Part shown: positions 18,403 through 26,996 of the stretch, one piece after another | Position numbering within the stretch: the first letter of the stretch is position 1 | How the letters are laid out: every line of letters starts with the position of its first letter | From: an uncultured Clostridia bacterium | GTDB taxonomy: Bacteria > Bacillota > Clostridia > Christensenellales > UBA1242 | DNA length: 33,386 nucleotides | Assembly: GCA_944384475.1 (NCBI GenBank) | Contig: CALWTN010000050.1 | Coordinates: 1 to 33,386, forward strand | Direction: 5' to 3' | Position numbers and translations under genes: made by a program | Notes under the pieces: generated by a model | What the model saw: only the letters and a program-made list of their open reading frames with translations | What the model was told of the DNA's origin: nothing | Databases searched by the model: none

Positions 18403-19881
18403 TTATAACAGAATGCAAATAATTCCGCCCCTGCCTTCGTTGACTATCCTGCCAAGAGTTTTTCGCATCTTTCTTTGCGCGTCCACTGGCATCATGATAA
18501 TCTTTGAATTTATATTGTCGCCAATAAGCTCTGACAGGCTTTTGCCAAGCAAGTTGGTTTGCCAAATTGCCTGCGGGCTTTCTTGAATTTGACTTAAAAG
18601 GTCGCTTACAACTTCGCGACTTTGCTCTTCCGTGCCAACAAGCGGAGTGACTTCGGTGTTGACATCCACACGCAAAATGTGCAAACTTGGTGCGCTGGCT
18701 TTAATTTTAACGCCAAACTTACTGCCCTGTCTGATGACTTCTGGCTCTTCAAGTTCAAACTCATCTTGTCGTGGCGCTACAATGCCATAGCCGGTTTCTT
18801 TAACCTGTTCGAGAGCGGTTTTAAGTTTGTCGTATTCAAGTTTAGCGATGGCAAGTTCTTTGATATAGCCGATGAGTTCAAAATCATCATTGATTTGATA
18901 GCCGCACTCCTTTGAAAGCACCTTGTAAAACAAGCCTTCTTTTGGAATCACGCCAAATTTTACTGTGCCGTCACCCATTTCGATGTTTGAAAATGTGATT
19001 GGCTCAAACGCTTCGCTTTCGGTGAAAATCAGTTTGCCTTTATCCACATCGCTGAGTTTTTCCATGCCTGATGCAAAGTTTTTAACTTCGCTGGCAATCT
19101 CTTGAATGATGTCGTCTTCAAACGAGAGCGCTTGCAACCACTTTGGCATTTTAAGTTTGATGGATGTGACAGGAAATTCAAACAAAAGCTTTTCAAAAAC
19201 CTTGTCGATGTCGGCTTCTTTAAGCTCCAAAGCATTTAGCGCAACAACTGGCACGCCATATTTTTCTTCCAGCGAAGAGGCAAGCTTTTTTGCGTCATTT
19301 GCGGCAGGCGCTTTGCAATTTAGTGCAATTACAAATGGTTTGCCGCTGTCTTTCATCTCGCTCACAACCCTTTCTTCCGCTTCAACATAGTTGGCGCGTG
19401 GGATGTCAGTAACAGAGCCGTCAGTTGTCACAACCACGCCGACAGTTGAATGCTCTCTCATAACTTTTTTTGTGCCAAGTTCGGCGGCTTCTTCAAACGG
19501 CATCTCTTCGCTAGACCAAGGCGTTTTAACCTTTCTTGGAGCGTTGTTTTCAATATGCCCCATCGCCCCAGAAACAAGATAGCCCACACAATCGATAAGC
19601 CTAACCCTCATGTCAACCTTATCATTGACGCAAATTTTAACCGCCTCGTTTGGCACAAATCTTGGCTGAGTTGTCATGATTGTTTTGCCGTCTGCTGATT
19701 GAGGAAGTTCATCAATCGCTCTTTCTTTTGAATACTTGCCCGTTATGTTTGGAAGCACAAGTTTTTTCATAAATTCGGTGATGAATGTTGATTTTCCAAC
19801 TCTAACTGGGCCAACAACGCCGACATAAATTTCGCCGTTTGTGCGAGATTTGATGTCGTCATATATTTGGTATTTTTCCAT
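18403..19881 (-). CDS. spoIVA: Stage IV sporulation protein A (coat basement-layer ATPase)
   Basis: MEKYQIYDDIKSRTNGEIYVGVVGPVRVGKSTFI... (Walker A). 492 aa from ATG 19881 with a GGAGG RBS 5 nt upstream. The track's 515-aa extension is rejected. Confidence 0.95.
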   Translation of the reverse strand: MEKYQIYDDIKSRTNGEIYVGVVGPVRVGKSTFITEFMKKLVLPNITGKYSKERAIDELPQSADGKTIMTTQPRFVPNEAVKICVNDKVDMRVRLIDCVGYLVSGAMGHIENNAPRKVKTPWSSEEMPFEEAAELGTKKVMREHSTVGVVVTTDGSVTDIPRANYVEAEERVVSEMKDSGKPFVIALNCKAPAANDAKKLASSLEEKYGVPVVALNALELKEADIDKVFEKLLFEFPVTSIKLKMPKWLQALSFEDDIIQEIASEVKNFASGMEKLSDVDKGKLIFTESEAFEPITFSNIEMGDGTVKFGVIPKEGLFYKVLSKECGYQINDDFELIGYIKELAIAKLEYDKLKTALEQVKETGYGIVAPRQDEFELEEPEVIRQGSKFGVKIKASAPSLHILRVDVNTEVTPLVGTEEQSREVVSDLLSQIQESPQAIWQTNLLGKSLSELIGDNINSKIIMMPVDAQRKMRKTLGRIVNEGRGGIICILL

Positions 19882-19902
19882 ATTGACCTCCAAAGATATT
19901 TT

Positions 19903-19931
19903 AAAATATGCTTTGAAAGTGCAGTTTATAA
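19903..19931 (-). promoter_or_regulatory. SigmaE-like promoter candidate for spoIVA (TTATAAA-N14-CATATTTT)
   Basis: Exact 14-nt spacing, with partial matches of 6/7 and 5/8 to the B. subtilis sigmaE consensus. It lies between the plsY terminator and the spoIVA RBS. Confidence 0.35.
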
Positions 19932-19955
19932 CAAAAAAGCGCATTCTCATGCGCT
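19932..19955 (-). terminator. Intrinsic terminator after plsY
   Basis: Minus strand reads AGCGCAT-GAGA-ATGCGCT followed by TTTTTTGT. It overlaps the plsY TAG stop. Confidence 0.75.
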
Positions 19956-20709
19956 AATTTTTTTGATTGTCATCTTGATTGTTTTTGCTTGAAGAATCAT
20001 CTTCAATAACAATTTCTTTTTCAGGTTTTTCATCCACCTTTTCAATTTTTTCTTTTCTGCCAAAAAGCTTGTTGACTTTCTGCCTGAAATTGGTTGGATT
20101 TTCTGTGCCTTTAACAAACCGCAATATGTTTGAATGATGCATTGCAATATCTAGCAGCCAGTTGAAAGCAATCAAAATTATGCACACCCACCAAAGATAT
20201 GGTTGCAACAAGCTTAAATAGACAATCCACGCCACAGAAAGCGCTGAAACAAAGATAAGCGAAGCCACAAAAGCATAGTCGACAAAGTATAAAAACACAC
20301 AGCAAACCACAAACATGATCAGCCCAACCCACCAAAGCGGACTAAAAAAGAACATGCCAGCGGTGCAAGCAATGCCCTTGCCTCCTTTAAACTTGTAAAT
20401 TACAGGAAAATTATGTCCCAGCACCACCGAAATGCCTGCCACAAAAAATGCCAGTTCAAACATGCCGTAATTCCCAAAAATATAGCCGCAAACGATGGCT
20501 GGCACGCCTGCCTTTAAGCATTCAAACAGCAGTGTCAGCACGGCATAGCCAATGCCATACACCCTTAAAACATTCATAGTTCCAGGGTTGCCACTGCCTT
20601 TTGTGGTGATGTCTTCATGCTTAAACACCCTTGCAATAACCCTTGCAAAGTTGATGTTTCCAATAAAATAGCACGCAACCACAACCAAAATAAACCAATA
20701 GTAAATCAT
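19954..20709 (-). CDS. plsY: Glycerol-3-phosphate acyltransferase PlsY, with a roughly 45-aa charged C-terminal extension
   Basis: GSGNPGTMNVLR motif and multiple TM helices. ATGA start/stop overlap with der. Confidence 0.92.
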   Translation of the reverse strand: MIYYWFILVVVACYFIGNINFARVIARVFKHEDITTKGSGNPGTMNVLRVYGIGYAVLTLLFECLKAGVPAIVCGYIFGNYGMFELAFFVAGISVVLGHNFPVIYKFKGGKGIACTAGMFFFSPLWWVGLIMFVVCCVFLYFVDYAFVASLIFVSALSVAWIVYLSLLQPYLWWVCIILIAFNWLLDIAMHHSNILRFVKGTENPTNFRQKVNKLFGRKEKIEKVDEKPEKEIVIEDDSSSKNNQDDNQKN

Positions 20710-22016
20710 TCTTCCTCCTTAGACTTAACCACAAACCTTATCGGCGTTCCTGAAAAATCAACCTTTTCTCTAAATCTGTTTTCCAAATATCTAAGGTAGG
20801 TTACATTGATAAGTTTGGCGTCGTTTACAAAAAGCACAAAGGTTGGTGGCAGGCTTTGTGCCTGAGTTATATACTTGATTTTTGCTTTTCTTCCGCCCCT
20901 TGCAGGTGGCTCAAAATTTAGAAGTGCATCGGCAAGCATCTCGTTAAGCACGCCTGTTTTTATGCGCTTTGCGCCGTTTTCATACGCCCGGAGCACATTA
21001 GGCATGATGTCGCCGATTTTTGTGCCAACAAGCGCAGAAACAAACACGGGAATATAGTAATCCATAAACGCCAAATCTCTATCCAGCATTTTGATGATCT
21101 GCTGTCTGTCACCTTCATATGAATCAATCTTGTTTATCGCAACAATGCTTGGCTTGCCTTGCTCGTGCACATAACCGGCGATGCGAACATCCTGTTCGGT
21201 AAGATTTTCGCCTGCTTCAACCACCATAATCACAACGTCAGCCTTTTCAATGGCACGCATTGTTCTAAGCACAGAATATCCTTCCACCGACTGCTTTTCC
21301 ACACCCCTAGAGCGCCTAAGCCCAGCAGTGTCAACAAGATAATACTTTTTCTTATTAAATTTAAACGGCACCATAACGCTGTCGCGCGTTGTGCCTTCCA
21401 CGCTTGAAACCACAACTCTTTTTTCGCCAAGAAGCCTGTTGATGATGCTGCTTTTGCCAACATTAGGCCTGCCAACAATGGCAATTTTTAAAGTTCCGTC
21501 TTCGTCTTCACTTTGATTTTTTGGTGGGAAATGCGAAACAATTTCATCAAGCACATCGCCAATGCCTTTTGCCTGTTCGCAAGAGAGTGGCAAAGGTTGC
21601 CCAAGCCCCAATGCGTAAAATTCAAAAGTGTCGGCAACTTCAAACCTATCCAGTTTATTTACAACCAACACAACGGGTGTGGAAATTTTTCTTAGCTTTT
21701 TTGCCAACATTTCATCAGCAAGCGTCACTCCGCTTTTGCCGTCAACAAGCATGACAATCACATCCGCCATTTCCATAGCGATGTCTGCTTGCAAGGCAAT
21801 TTCTTTTTGAAAAACATCTTCGCTTTTTGGGTCGAGTCCGCCCGTGTCGATCATGGTAAAGCTGCGGCCAGCCCAATCGGCGTCAGCATAAATTCTGTCT
21901 CTGGTCACACCAGGGACATCGTCAACTATGCTTATCCTTTCGCCGCATATTTTATTAAAGAAAGTGCTTTTGCCAACATTAGGTCTGCCAACAACCGCAA
22001 CAATAGGTTTTGCCAT
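20706..22016 (-). CDS. der: Ribosome biogenesis GTPase Der (EngA)
   Basis: Two tandem GTPase domains (GRPNVGKSTFFN and GRPNVGKSSIIN) plus a KH-like C-terminus. Confidence 0.96.
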   Translation of the reverse strand: MAKPIVAVVGRPNVGKSTFFNKICGERISIVDDVPGVTRDRIYADADWAGRSFTMIDTGGLDPKSEDVFQKEIALQADIAMEMADVIVMLVDGKSGVTLADEMLAKKLRKISTPVVLVVNKLDRFEVADTFEFYALGLGQPLPLSCEQAKGIGDVLDEIVSHFPPKNQSEDEDGTLKIAIVGRPNVGKSSIINRLLGEKRVVVSSVEGTTRDSVMVPFKFNKKKYYLVDTAGLRRSRGVEKQSVEGYSVLRTMRAIEKADVVIMVVEAGENLTEQDVRIAGYVHEQGKPSIVAINKIDSYEGDRQQIIKMLDRDLAFMDYYIPVFVSALVGTKIGDIMPNVLRAYENGAKRIKTGVLNEMLADALLNFEPPARGGRKAKIKYITQAQSLPPTFVLFVNDAKLINVTYLRYLENRFREKVDFSGTPIRFVVKSKEEE

Positions 22017-22082
22017 AAGTATATGTTAGCATATCTTGTGCTTATTTTACAAGCAAAACCCCAATTTTTTAACTAAAATTAG

Positions 22083-24182
22083 TCATTCGCAGCCATTGCA
22101 GCCGCGACATGTTTTTGGTTTTTTGATGTGTTCCACCACTTTAAACACGCTGATCATAATCACTGCGAATGCAAAAAGCACTCCCAAAACCGGCCAAACA
22201 CCAAACGCTTCAAACGCCTTAAACACATTGAATGCAAACAGCGCCGTCAAATAGCCAACCACAAATTGAATGATTATGCCAATAAAAGCCCACTTTTTGC
22301 CGATCTCTTTTGACAACACCACCATGGTTGAAACGCAAGGCAGATAAAGCAGCGAAAACACCAAAAACGATAGTGCAGCGGCAGGCGAAGCAAAATGCAC
22401 CATGCTTGCGTCATCATGCAGCGTTTGCCCAATTTGGCTTTCATTTGCAACGCCGTTAAACATGGCGATGGAAGAGATTATAACCTCCTTGGCAATCACG
22501 CCTGCAACCAAGGCGGAGGCTGCCCCCCAACTTCCAAAGCCAAGCGGCACGAAGATGGGCGAGAGCACTTTTCCAAAGCCTTCCAGCATGCTTGTTTTGC
22601 CAGATTGCGGCACAAACGAAAAATCAAACGAAAAGTTGGCAAGCAGCCAAACGATAACATTCATCGAAATCAGCAGCGAACCCACCCTAATCAAAAACTG
22701 CTTGATGTTTTGCCACAACACTTTAATCACTCTTTTGATGCCGCCGTAGCGATATGGCGGAAACTCTAAAATAAACGATTGCCCCTTGCTTTTTAGCACT
22801 GTTTTTTCAAAAATCAAACTTAAAATGATTGAAACCACAAGGCCAAGCAGATATAAACCCATAATCACAAAAACGTTGCTTGCACCAAAAAATGCGCCGC
22901 CGATGACTACATATATTGGAAATTTTGCCGAACAACTCATATATGGCGTGAGCAATGCGGTTTTGATTTTAGAGTTTTTGTCTTCCATATTTCTGGCCGT
23001 AAGCACCGCCGTGGTTGAACAGCCAAAGCCCATCAAAAGCGTGTAAACGCTCTTGCCCGAAAGCCCAATCTTGCCAAAGATGTCTTCGCTTGCAAACGCC
23101 ACGCGCGAAAGATAGCCGCTGTCTTCCAAGATTGAAAGAAACAAAAACAGCAGCCCCACTTGCGGCAAAAAAGAAAGCACTGTGCCAACACCGCCAATGA
23201 TAGCATCACAAAACAGGTGCGTCAGCCAAGAATTTTCGCCAAACCACTTGAAACACGCCATTTGCGTCCAATTTCCAACACTGGCATCCAAAAGTTTGGT
23301 TAAGCAATCTGAAAGCCAAGCACCAAGCGAAAAGAATGTTAGATAAAAAATCACGCCAAGCACAAGTAAAAAAATTAGAAACGCCAAAAACCTGTTAAGC
23401 ACAATCTTATCTATCGCGCTTTTGCCATAAACCCTGCCGCTGGATTTGATGAAGTGCTGCTGCAAAGTTGCGATATAGTCAAACCTTGCCTTTGCCACCT
23501 TTTGAATATCTAAAAAATCATTTTTGGTTATGCCAAGTTCTTTTAAAACGCTCTCATCGCCTTCGATGATTTTTATTGCTGCAAAATCATCAATTTTTTG
23601 CTTAAAAGCCAATTTAATTTGCTGTAAATGTAAGTTTGTTACATATTTTGGCTGCGGAGCGCTTTTGTAAGGTTGCAGCAAAAGCTGTTTTAATTTTTCA
23701 AACCCGTCGCCTTTTTCGGCATTGATCTGCACAACAGCGATGCCAAGTTCTTTTTCAAGCGCTTTGCAGTCAACATTGTTTAGCGGCTTTTTATCCATGC
23801 AATTTACTGCCAAAATTACATCTGCGCCAAACTCCATCAGCCCAAGTGTCAATGCAAGGTTGCGCTGGATGTTGTTAAGGTCGCAAATGTTGATGATTTT
23901 GGTTTTTGGATGCGCGCGGATGTAATCAATCGCCACCTGCTCTTCATAACTCAGCGCCGAAAGAGAATAGATGCCCGGCAAGTCCACCAGCATCCGCTTC
24001 TGTCCAAGGCAATCAAACGGCTTAGCTTTGACATCCACCGTCACGCCGTGCCAGTTGCCCACATGCTCATTTGAAGAAGTGAGTTTGTTAAATAGAGTGG
24101 TTTTGCCGGTGTTGGGATTGCCAACCAGCAAAATTTCTTGAAAATGCTGCGCATCGCACCAAGCGGCGGGTTTTGCTTTCAA
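22083..24182 (-). CDS. feoB: Ferrous iron transporter FeoB, with a C-terminal TM plus Cys-rich tail
   Basis: N-terminal G domain (GNPNTGKTTLFN), polytopic membrane domain, and a C-terminus ...KKPKTCRGCNGCE. Confidence 0.95.
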   Translation of the reverse strand: MKAKPAAWCDAQHFQEILLVGNPNTGKTTLFNKLTSSNEHVGNWHGVTVDVKAKPFDCLGQKRMLVDLPGIYSLSALSYEEQVAIDYIRAHPKTKIINICDLNNIQRNLALTLGLMEFGADVILAVNCMDKKPLNNVDCKALEKELGIAVVQINAEKGDGFEKLKQLLLQPYKSAPQPKYVTNLHLQQIKLAFKQKIDDFAAIKIIEGDESVLKELGITKNDFLDIQKVAKARFDYIATLQQHFIKSSGRVYGKSAIDKIVLNRFLAFLIFLLVLGVIFYLTFFSLGAWLSDCLTKLLDASVGNWTQMACFKWFGENSWLTHLFCDAIIGGVGTVLSFLPQVGLLFLFLSILEDSGYLSRVAFASEDIFGKIGLSGKSVYTLLMGFGCSTTAVLTARNMEDKNSKIKTALLTPYMSCSAKFPIYVVIGGAFFGASNVFVIMGLYLLGLVVSIILSLIFEKTVLKSKGQSFILEFPPYRYGGIKRVIKVLWQNIKQFLIRVGSLLISMNVIVWLLANFSFDFSFVPQSGKTSMLEGFGKVLSPIFVPLGFGSWGAASALVAGVIAKEVIISSIAMFNGVANESQIGQTLHDDASMVHFASPAAALSFLVFSLLYLPCVSTMVVLSKEIGKKWAFIGIIIQFVVGYLTALFAFNVFKAFEAFGVWPVLGVLFAFAVIMISVFKVVEHIKKPKTCRGCNGCE

Positions 24183-24403
24183 CCTAGCATCACCCCCTTT
24201 GCAATGTCACTTTTAAGCGAAAGAAGATAGCCTCGCACCTCGATGAGCAACGCTTTTTTAAGCAAAGATTTGCTTACAACACAAACGCTCTGCCCTTTTG
24301 TAAGGCCTAAATCGCAAAGCCTACGCAAAATTTTAAGCGGCAAGTTTTGAAAGCCAACTACCATGTAACTTTTATTTTTCTTTGCCTGAGTCAAATTCAA
24401 CAT
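24179..24403 (-). CDS. feoA: Ferrous iron transport protein FeoA
   Basis: 74 aa with an SH3-like FeoA pattern (LRRLCDLGLTKGQSVCVV...IEVRGYLLSL). 4-nt overlap with feoB. The RBS is weak, so the start is uncertain. Confidence 0.8.
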   Translation of the reverse strand: MLNLTQAKKNKSYMVVGFQNLPLKILRRLCDLGLTKGQSVCVVSKSLLKKALLIEVRGYLLSLKSDIAKGVMLG

Positions 24404-24456
24404 ATTGTAGTGTATTATTAAATCGCGCCCAATAAAACAAAATTTGGCTTAAATAT

Positions 24457-24485
24457 TTGCATTTTTTGTGCTTGTGTGTTAAAAT
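24457..24485 (+). promoter_or_regulatory. SigmaA-type promoter of nrdR (TTGCAT-N17-TAAAAT with TG extension)
   Basis: TTGCAT is at 24457-24462 and TGtTAAAAT at 24477-24485. The AAGGAG RBS follows. Confidence 0.55.
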
Positions 24486-24503
24486 GAGCAAAAGGAGAAA
24501 ATC

Positions 24504-24947
24504 ATGAAGTGCATTTATTGTGGCTGTGAAGAAAGCAAAGTTTTAGATTCAAGAAGCACCGATGAAACCAACGCAATCAGGCGCAGAAGAGAGTGCCTTG
24601 GCTGTGGCAAGCGTTTCACTACATACGAAACGGTTGAGATGACGCCTATTTTGGTGATTAAAAGTGACGGCAGCAGACAAGCGTTTGACATCAACAAAAT
24701 CAAAAACGGCATGATTAAAGCCTGTGAAAAACGCCCTGTAAGCATCAGCCAAATTGATGAGGTTGCACTTGACATTGAAAAAACACTGCAAAACAATTTT
24801 TCACAAGAAGTGCCATCATCAACAATCGGGCAAATGGTTATGGATGCGCTTAAAAAACTGGACGAAGTTGCATACGTGCGTTTTGCATCGGTTTATCGCC
24901 AATTTAAAGACATCGACAGTTTCAAAAAACTTTTAGAAGAACTGTAA
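24504..24947 (+). CDS. nrdR: Transcriptional repressor NrdR
   Basis: MKCIYCGCEESKVLDSRS...RRRRECLGCGKRFTTYE zinc ribbon followed by an ATP-cone. Confidence 0.96.
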   Translation: MKCIYCGCEESKVLDSRSTDETNAIRRRRECLGCGKRFTTYETVEMTPILVIKSDGSRQAFDINKIKNGMIKACEKRPVSISQIDEVALDIEKTLQNNFSQEVPSSTIGQMVMDALKKLDEVAYVRFASVYRQFKDIDSFKKLLEEL

Positions 24948-25017
24948 AGGAATTTGCATACAAATGGCATATAATATTGTATAAAGATTTTGAATGGTAA
25001 TTTAATTCATTATACAA

Positions 25018-25053
25018 AACAAAACAGCGCATATTTTGCGCTGTTTATTTTTT
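25018..25053. terminator. Bidirectional terminator between nrdR and the ylmC-like gene
   Basis: A 10-bp stem AAACAGCGCA/TGCGCTGTTT (25022-25031 pairs with 25037-25046) with T-rich sequence on the plus side. Confidence 0.7.
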
Positions 25054-25326
25054 ATCACCTAAAATATATGGATTTTGTGTTGGCTGACCGCCATAGATTT
25101 GAACAAGGATTGTGTCCTCACCTATTTTTACAATTTGGTTGAAAGGAATAAAAAATTCGGCTCCGCTTTTAAAAACATTCCAAAAACTTTTCTCACCGGG
25201 CACAACAACGCCGCTTACGCAAGCCGAAGAAAGATTGAACACAACATCGATGATATGCCCAAGCCTGCGCCCGTCCACCACATTTACAACCTCTTTGCAT
25301 CTTAACTCTAAAAACGAACTTTCCAC
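25045..25326 (-). CDS. YlmC/YmxH-family sporulation protein (PRC-barrel)
   Basis: LRCKEVVNVVDGRRLGHIIDVVFN...SGVVVPGEK is typical of the family. Conserved position next to sigG. GTG start with a poor RBS, so the start is uncertain. Confidence 0.85.
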   Translation of the reverse strand: MESSFLELRCKEVVNVVDGRRLGHIIDVVFNLSSACVSGVVVPGEKSFWNVFKSGAEFFIPFNQIVKIGEDTILVQIYGGQPTQNPYILGDKK

Positions 25327-25378
25327 GCTTTACATATATGTTGTCTAACTGCCCAGCATGACAAAATTCGCCAAAATA

Positions 25379-26155
25379 TTATTCCAAAATTTTATTTTTA
25401 ATCTCTTTTAAAGCATTCTTTTCAAGACGCGAAACTTGCGCTTGGCTTATGCCAACCTCCTGACTGACTTCCATTTGATTTTTGCCTTCATAGTATCTTA
25501 AAATCAAAATCTCACGCTCTCGTGGCGACAGTTTTTTGATTGCATCTTTGATGGCTATTTTTTCATACAAACCTTCTTCACTGTCTTTAAGGTCGGTGAT
25601 TTGGTCTTTAAGTTCTATGGCGTCACTGCCATCGTTGTAAATAGGCTCTGAAAGCGAAACGGTTTCGCTGATGGCGTCAAGCGCAAAATTGATGGTTTTT
25701 GCTGGCACATTTAAATACTTTGCAATGTCTTCAATCGTAGGCTCTGTCACGCTGTCTTTTGCCAGCACCTCTTTGGCTTGCAAAGATTTGTAGGCGATGT
25801 CTCTAAGCGAACGTGAAACTCGCACCGAATTGTTATCACGCAAAAATCTTCTAATCTCGCCGATAATCATCGGCACGGCATAGGTTGAAAACCGAACATT
25901 TAAACTTTCGTCAAAATTGTCAATCGCTTTCATAAGCCCAACGCAGCCCACCTGAAACATATCGTCAGCCTTGTCACTTCTGCCGCCAAAGCGTTGCACC
26001 ACACTCAGCACCAGCCTTAAATTTGCCACCACAAAGGCGTCACGAGCAAACTCATCGCCCTTTTTTACTTTTTTCATAAGCGCCATTATGTCGTCATTTG
26101 AAAGTTTTGGCAAAAGCGAAGTGTTGACTCCTGCGATAATAACTTTGTTTGACAT
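25379..26155 (-). CDS. sigG: Sporulation sigma factor SigG
   Basis: NKVIIAGVNTSLLPKL...NLRLVLSVVQRF...FQVGCVGLMKAIDNFD...FSTYAVPMIIGEIRRFLRDN. Position directly after sigE. Confidence 0.93.
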   Translation of the reverse strand: MSNKVIIAGVNTSLLPKLSNDDIMALMKKVKKGDEFARDAFVVANLRLVLSVVQRFGGRSDKADDMFQVGCVGLMKAIDNFDESLNVRFSTYAVPMIIGEIRRFLRDNNSVRVSRSLRDIAYKSLQAKEVLAKDSVTEPTIEDIAKYLNVPAKTINFALDAISETVSLSEPIYNDGSDAIELKDQITDLKDSEEGLYEKIAIKDAIKKLSPREREILILRYYEGKNQMEVSQEVGISQAQVSRLEKNALKEIKNKILE

Positions 26156-26168
26156 AGCAAAAGCCTCC

Positions 26169-26188
26169 TAGGAAAATAATTTTTCCTA
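26169..26188 (-). promoter_or_regulatory. 8-bp hairpin next to the sigG Shine-Dalgarno sequence
   Basis: Minus strand reads TAGGAAAA-ATTA-TTTTCCTA, followed immediately by GGAGG (26168-26164). Confidence 0.5.
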
Positions 26189-26206
26189 ATAAGCCAAGGA
26201 TTATGC
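26178..26206 (-). promoter_or_regulatory. SigmaF-type forespore promoter of sigG (GCATA-N15-GGAAAAATT)
   Basis: Every defined position fits the B. subtilis sigmaF consensus GCATR-N15-GGHRARHTX as I recall it. It lies in the sigE-sigG intergenic region. Confidence 0.55.
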
Positions 26207-26260
26207 AAACACCAAATAATTTGACAAAAATAGTGCAAAAATTGCAATTTTTTTAAAATT

Positions 26261-26986
26261 TTATAGTATTTTTGAAAGTTCTTTCTTCATTTTAACCAAA
26301 ATCTTTTTTTCTATGCGTGAAATATAACTTTGGCTGATGCCAAGTTTATCTGCAACTTCCTTTTGGGTGAGTTCATCTTTGCCTTCCAACCCAAAGCGCA
26401 AAATCATAATCTCCTGCTCACGCCGCTCCAACCTGTTTAGTATCTGCCAGATGGCGTCACGCTCTGCCGAGTGATCAAGCCCAGCGCTAACCTCATCGCT
26501 TTCGCTTGCCATGATGTCGGCAAGCACAAGTTCGTTGCCCTCGCCATCGTCACAAAGCGGCTTGTCCAAAGATATCTCGCCTTTGATTTTTGAAAGCTTT
26601 CTAAGTTGCATCAAAAGTTCGTTTTCAATGCACCGTGAAGCATAGGTGGCAAGTTTGATGTTTTTGTCGCCCCTAAAAGTTTTAACAGCCTTGATAAGCC
26701 CCACCGAGCCGATTGAAATAAGGTCTTCAAAATCTATGCCTGTGTTTTCAAATTTTTTTGCGATGTAAACCACCAGCCGCAGGTTGTGTTCCACCAGCTT
26801 TTCTCTGGCAAAGTCGCTGCCGTTCTCTGCCTGCTGAACCAGCATGCGCTCTTCTTCTGGATCGAGCGGAAGCGGCAAAGCCTCATTGCCGCAAATATAG
26901 CAAACAATCCCCTTGGCATCAAGCAAATTGTGCTTCCAGAACAGTTTGTATAAAAGATTTTTAAGATAAAAGAATAGTTTCCTCAT
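26261..26986 (-). CDS. sigE: Sporulation sigma factor SigE (pro-sigmaE)
   Basis: The pro-sequence MRKLFFYLKNLLYKLFWK... is followed by YICGNEALPLPLDPEEE and sigma regions 2 to 4. ATG 26986 has an AGGAGAG RBS 10 nt after the spoIIGA stop. Confidence 0.93.
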   Translation of the reverse strand: MRKLFFYLKNLLYKLFWKHNLLDAKGIVCYICGNEALPLPLDPEEERMLVQQAENGSDFAREKLVEHNLRLVVYIAKKFENTGIDFEDLISIGSVGLIKAVKTFRGDKNIKLATYASRCIENELLMQLRKLSKIKGEISLDKPLCDDGEGNELVLADIMASESDEVSAGLDHSAERDAIWQILNRLERREQEIMILRFGLEGKDELTQKEVADKLGISQSYISRIEKKILVKMKKELSKIL

Positions 26987-26996
26987 AGCTCTCCTT

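Noticed and set aside
24404-24456. Possible Fur box upstream of feoA (GATTTAATAATACA)
   Set aside because: It is only a loose AT-rich resemblance to the Fur 7-1-7 consensus TGATAATNATTATCA. No dyad symmetry is evident by eye.
24958-25017. AT-rich inverted repeats after nrdR (ATACAA...TTGTAT; TTGTATAA...TTATACAA) as NrdR boxes or a regulatory hairpin
   Set aside because: The spacing does not fit the 16-bp NrdR box. They lie in a convergent 3' region with no downstream gene to regulate. Such AT-rich imperfect repeats are expected by chance here.
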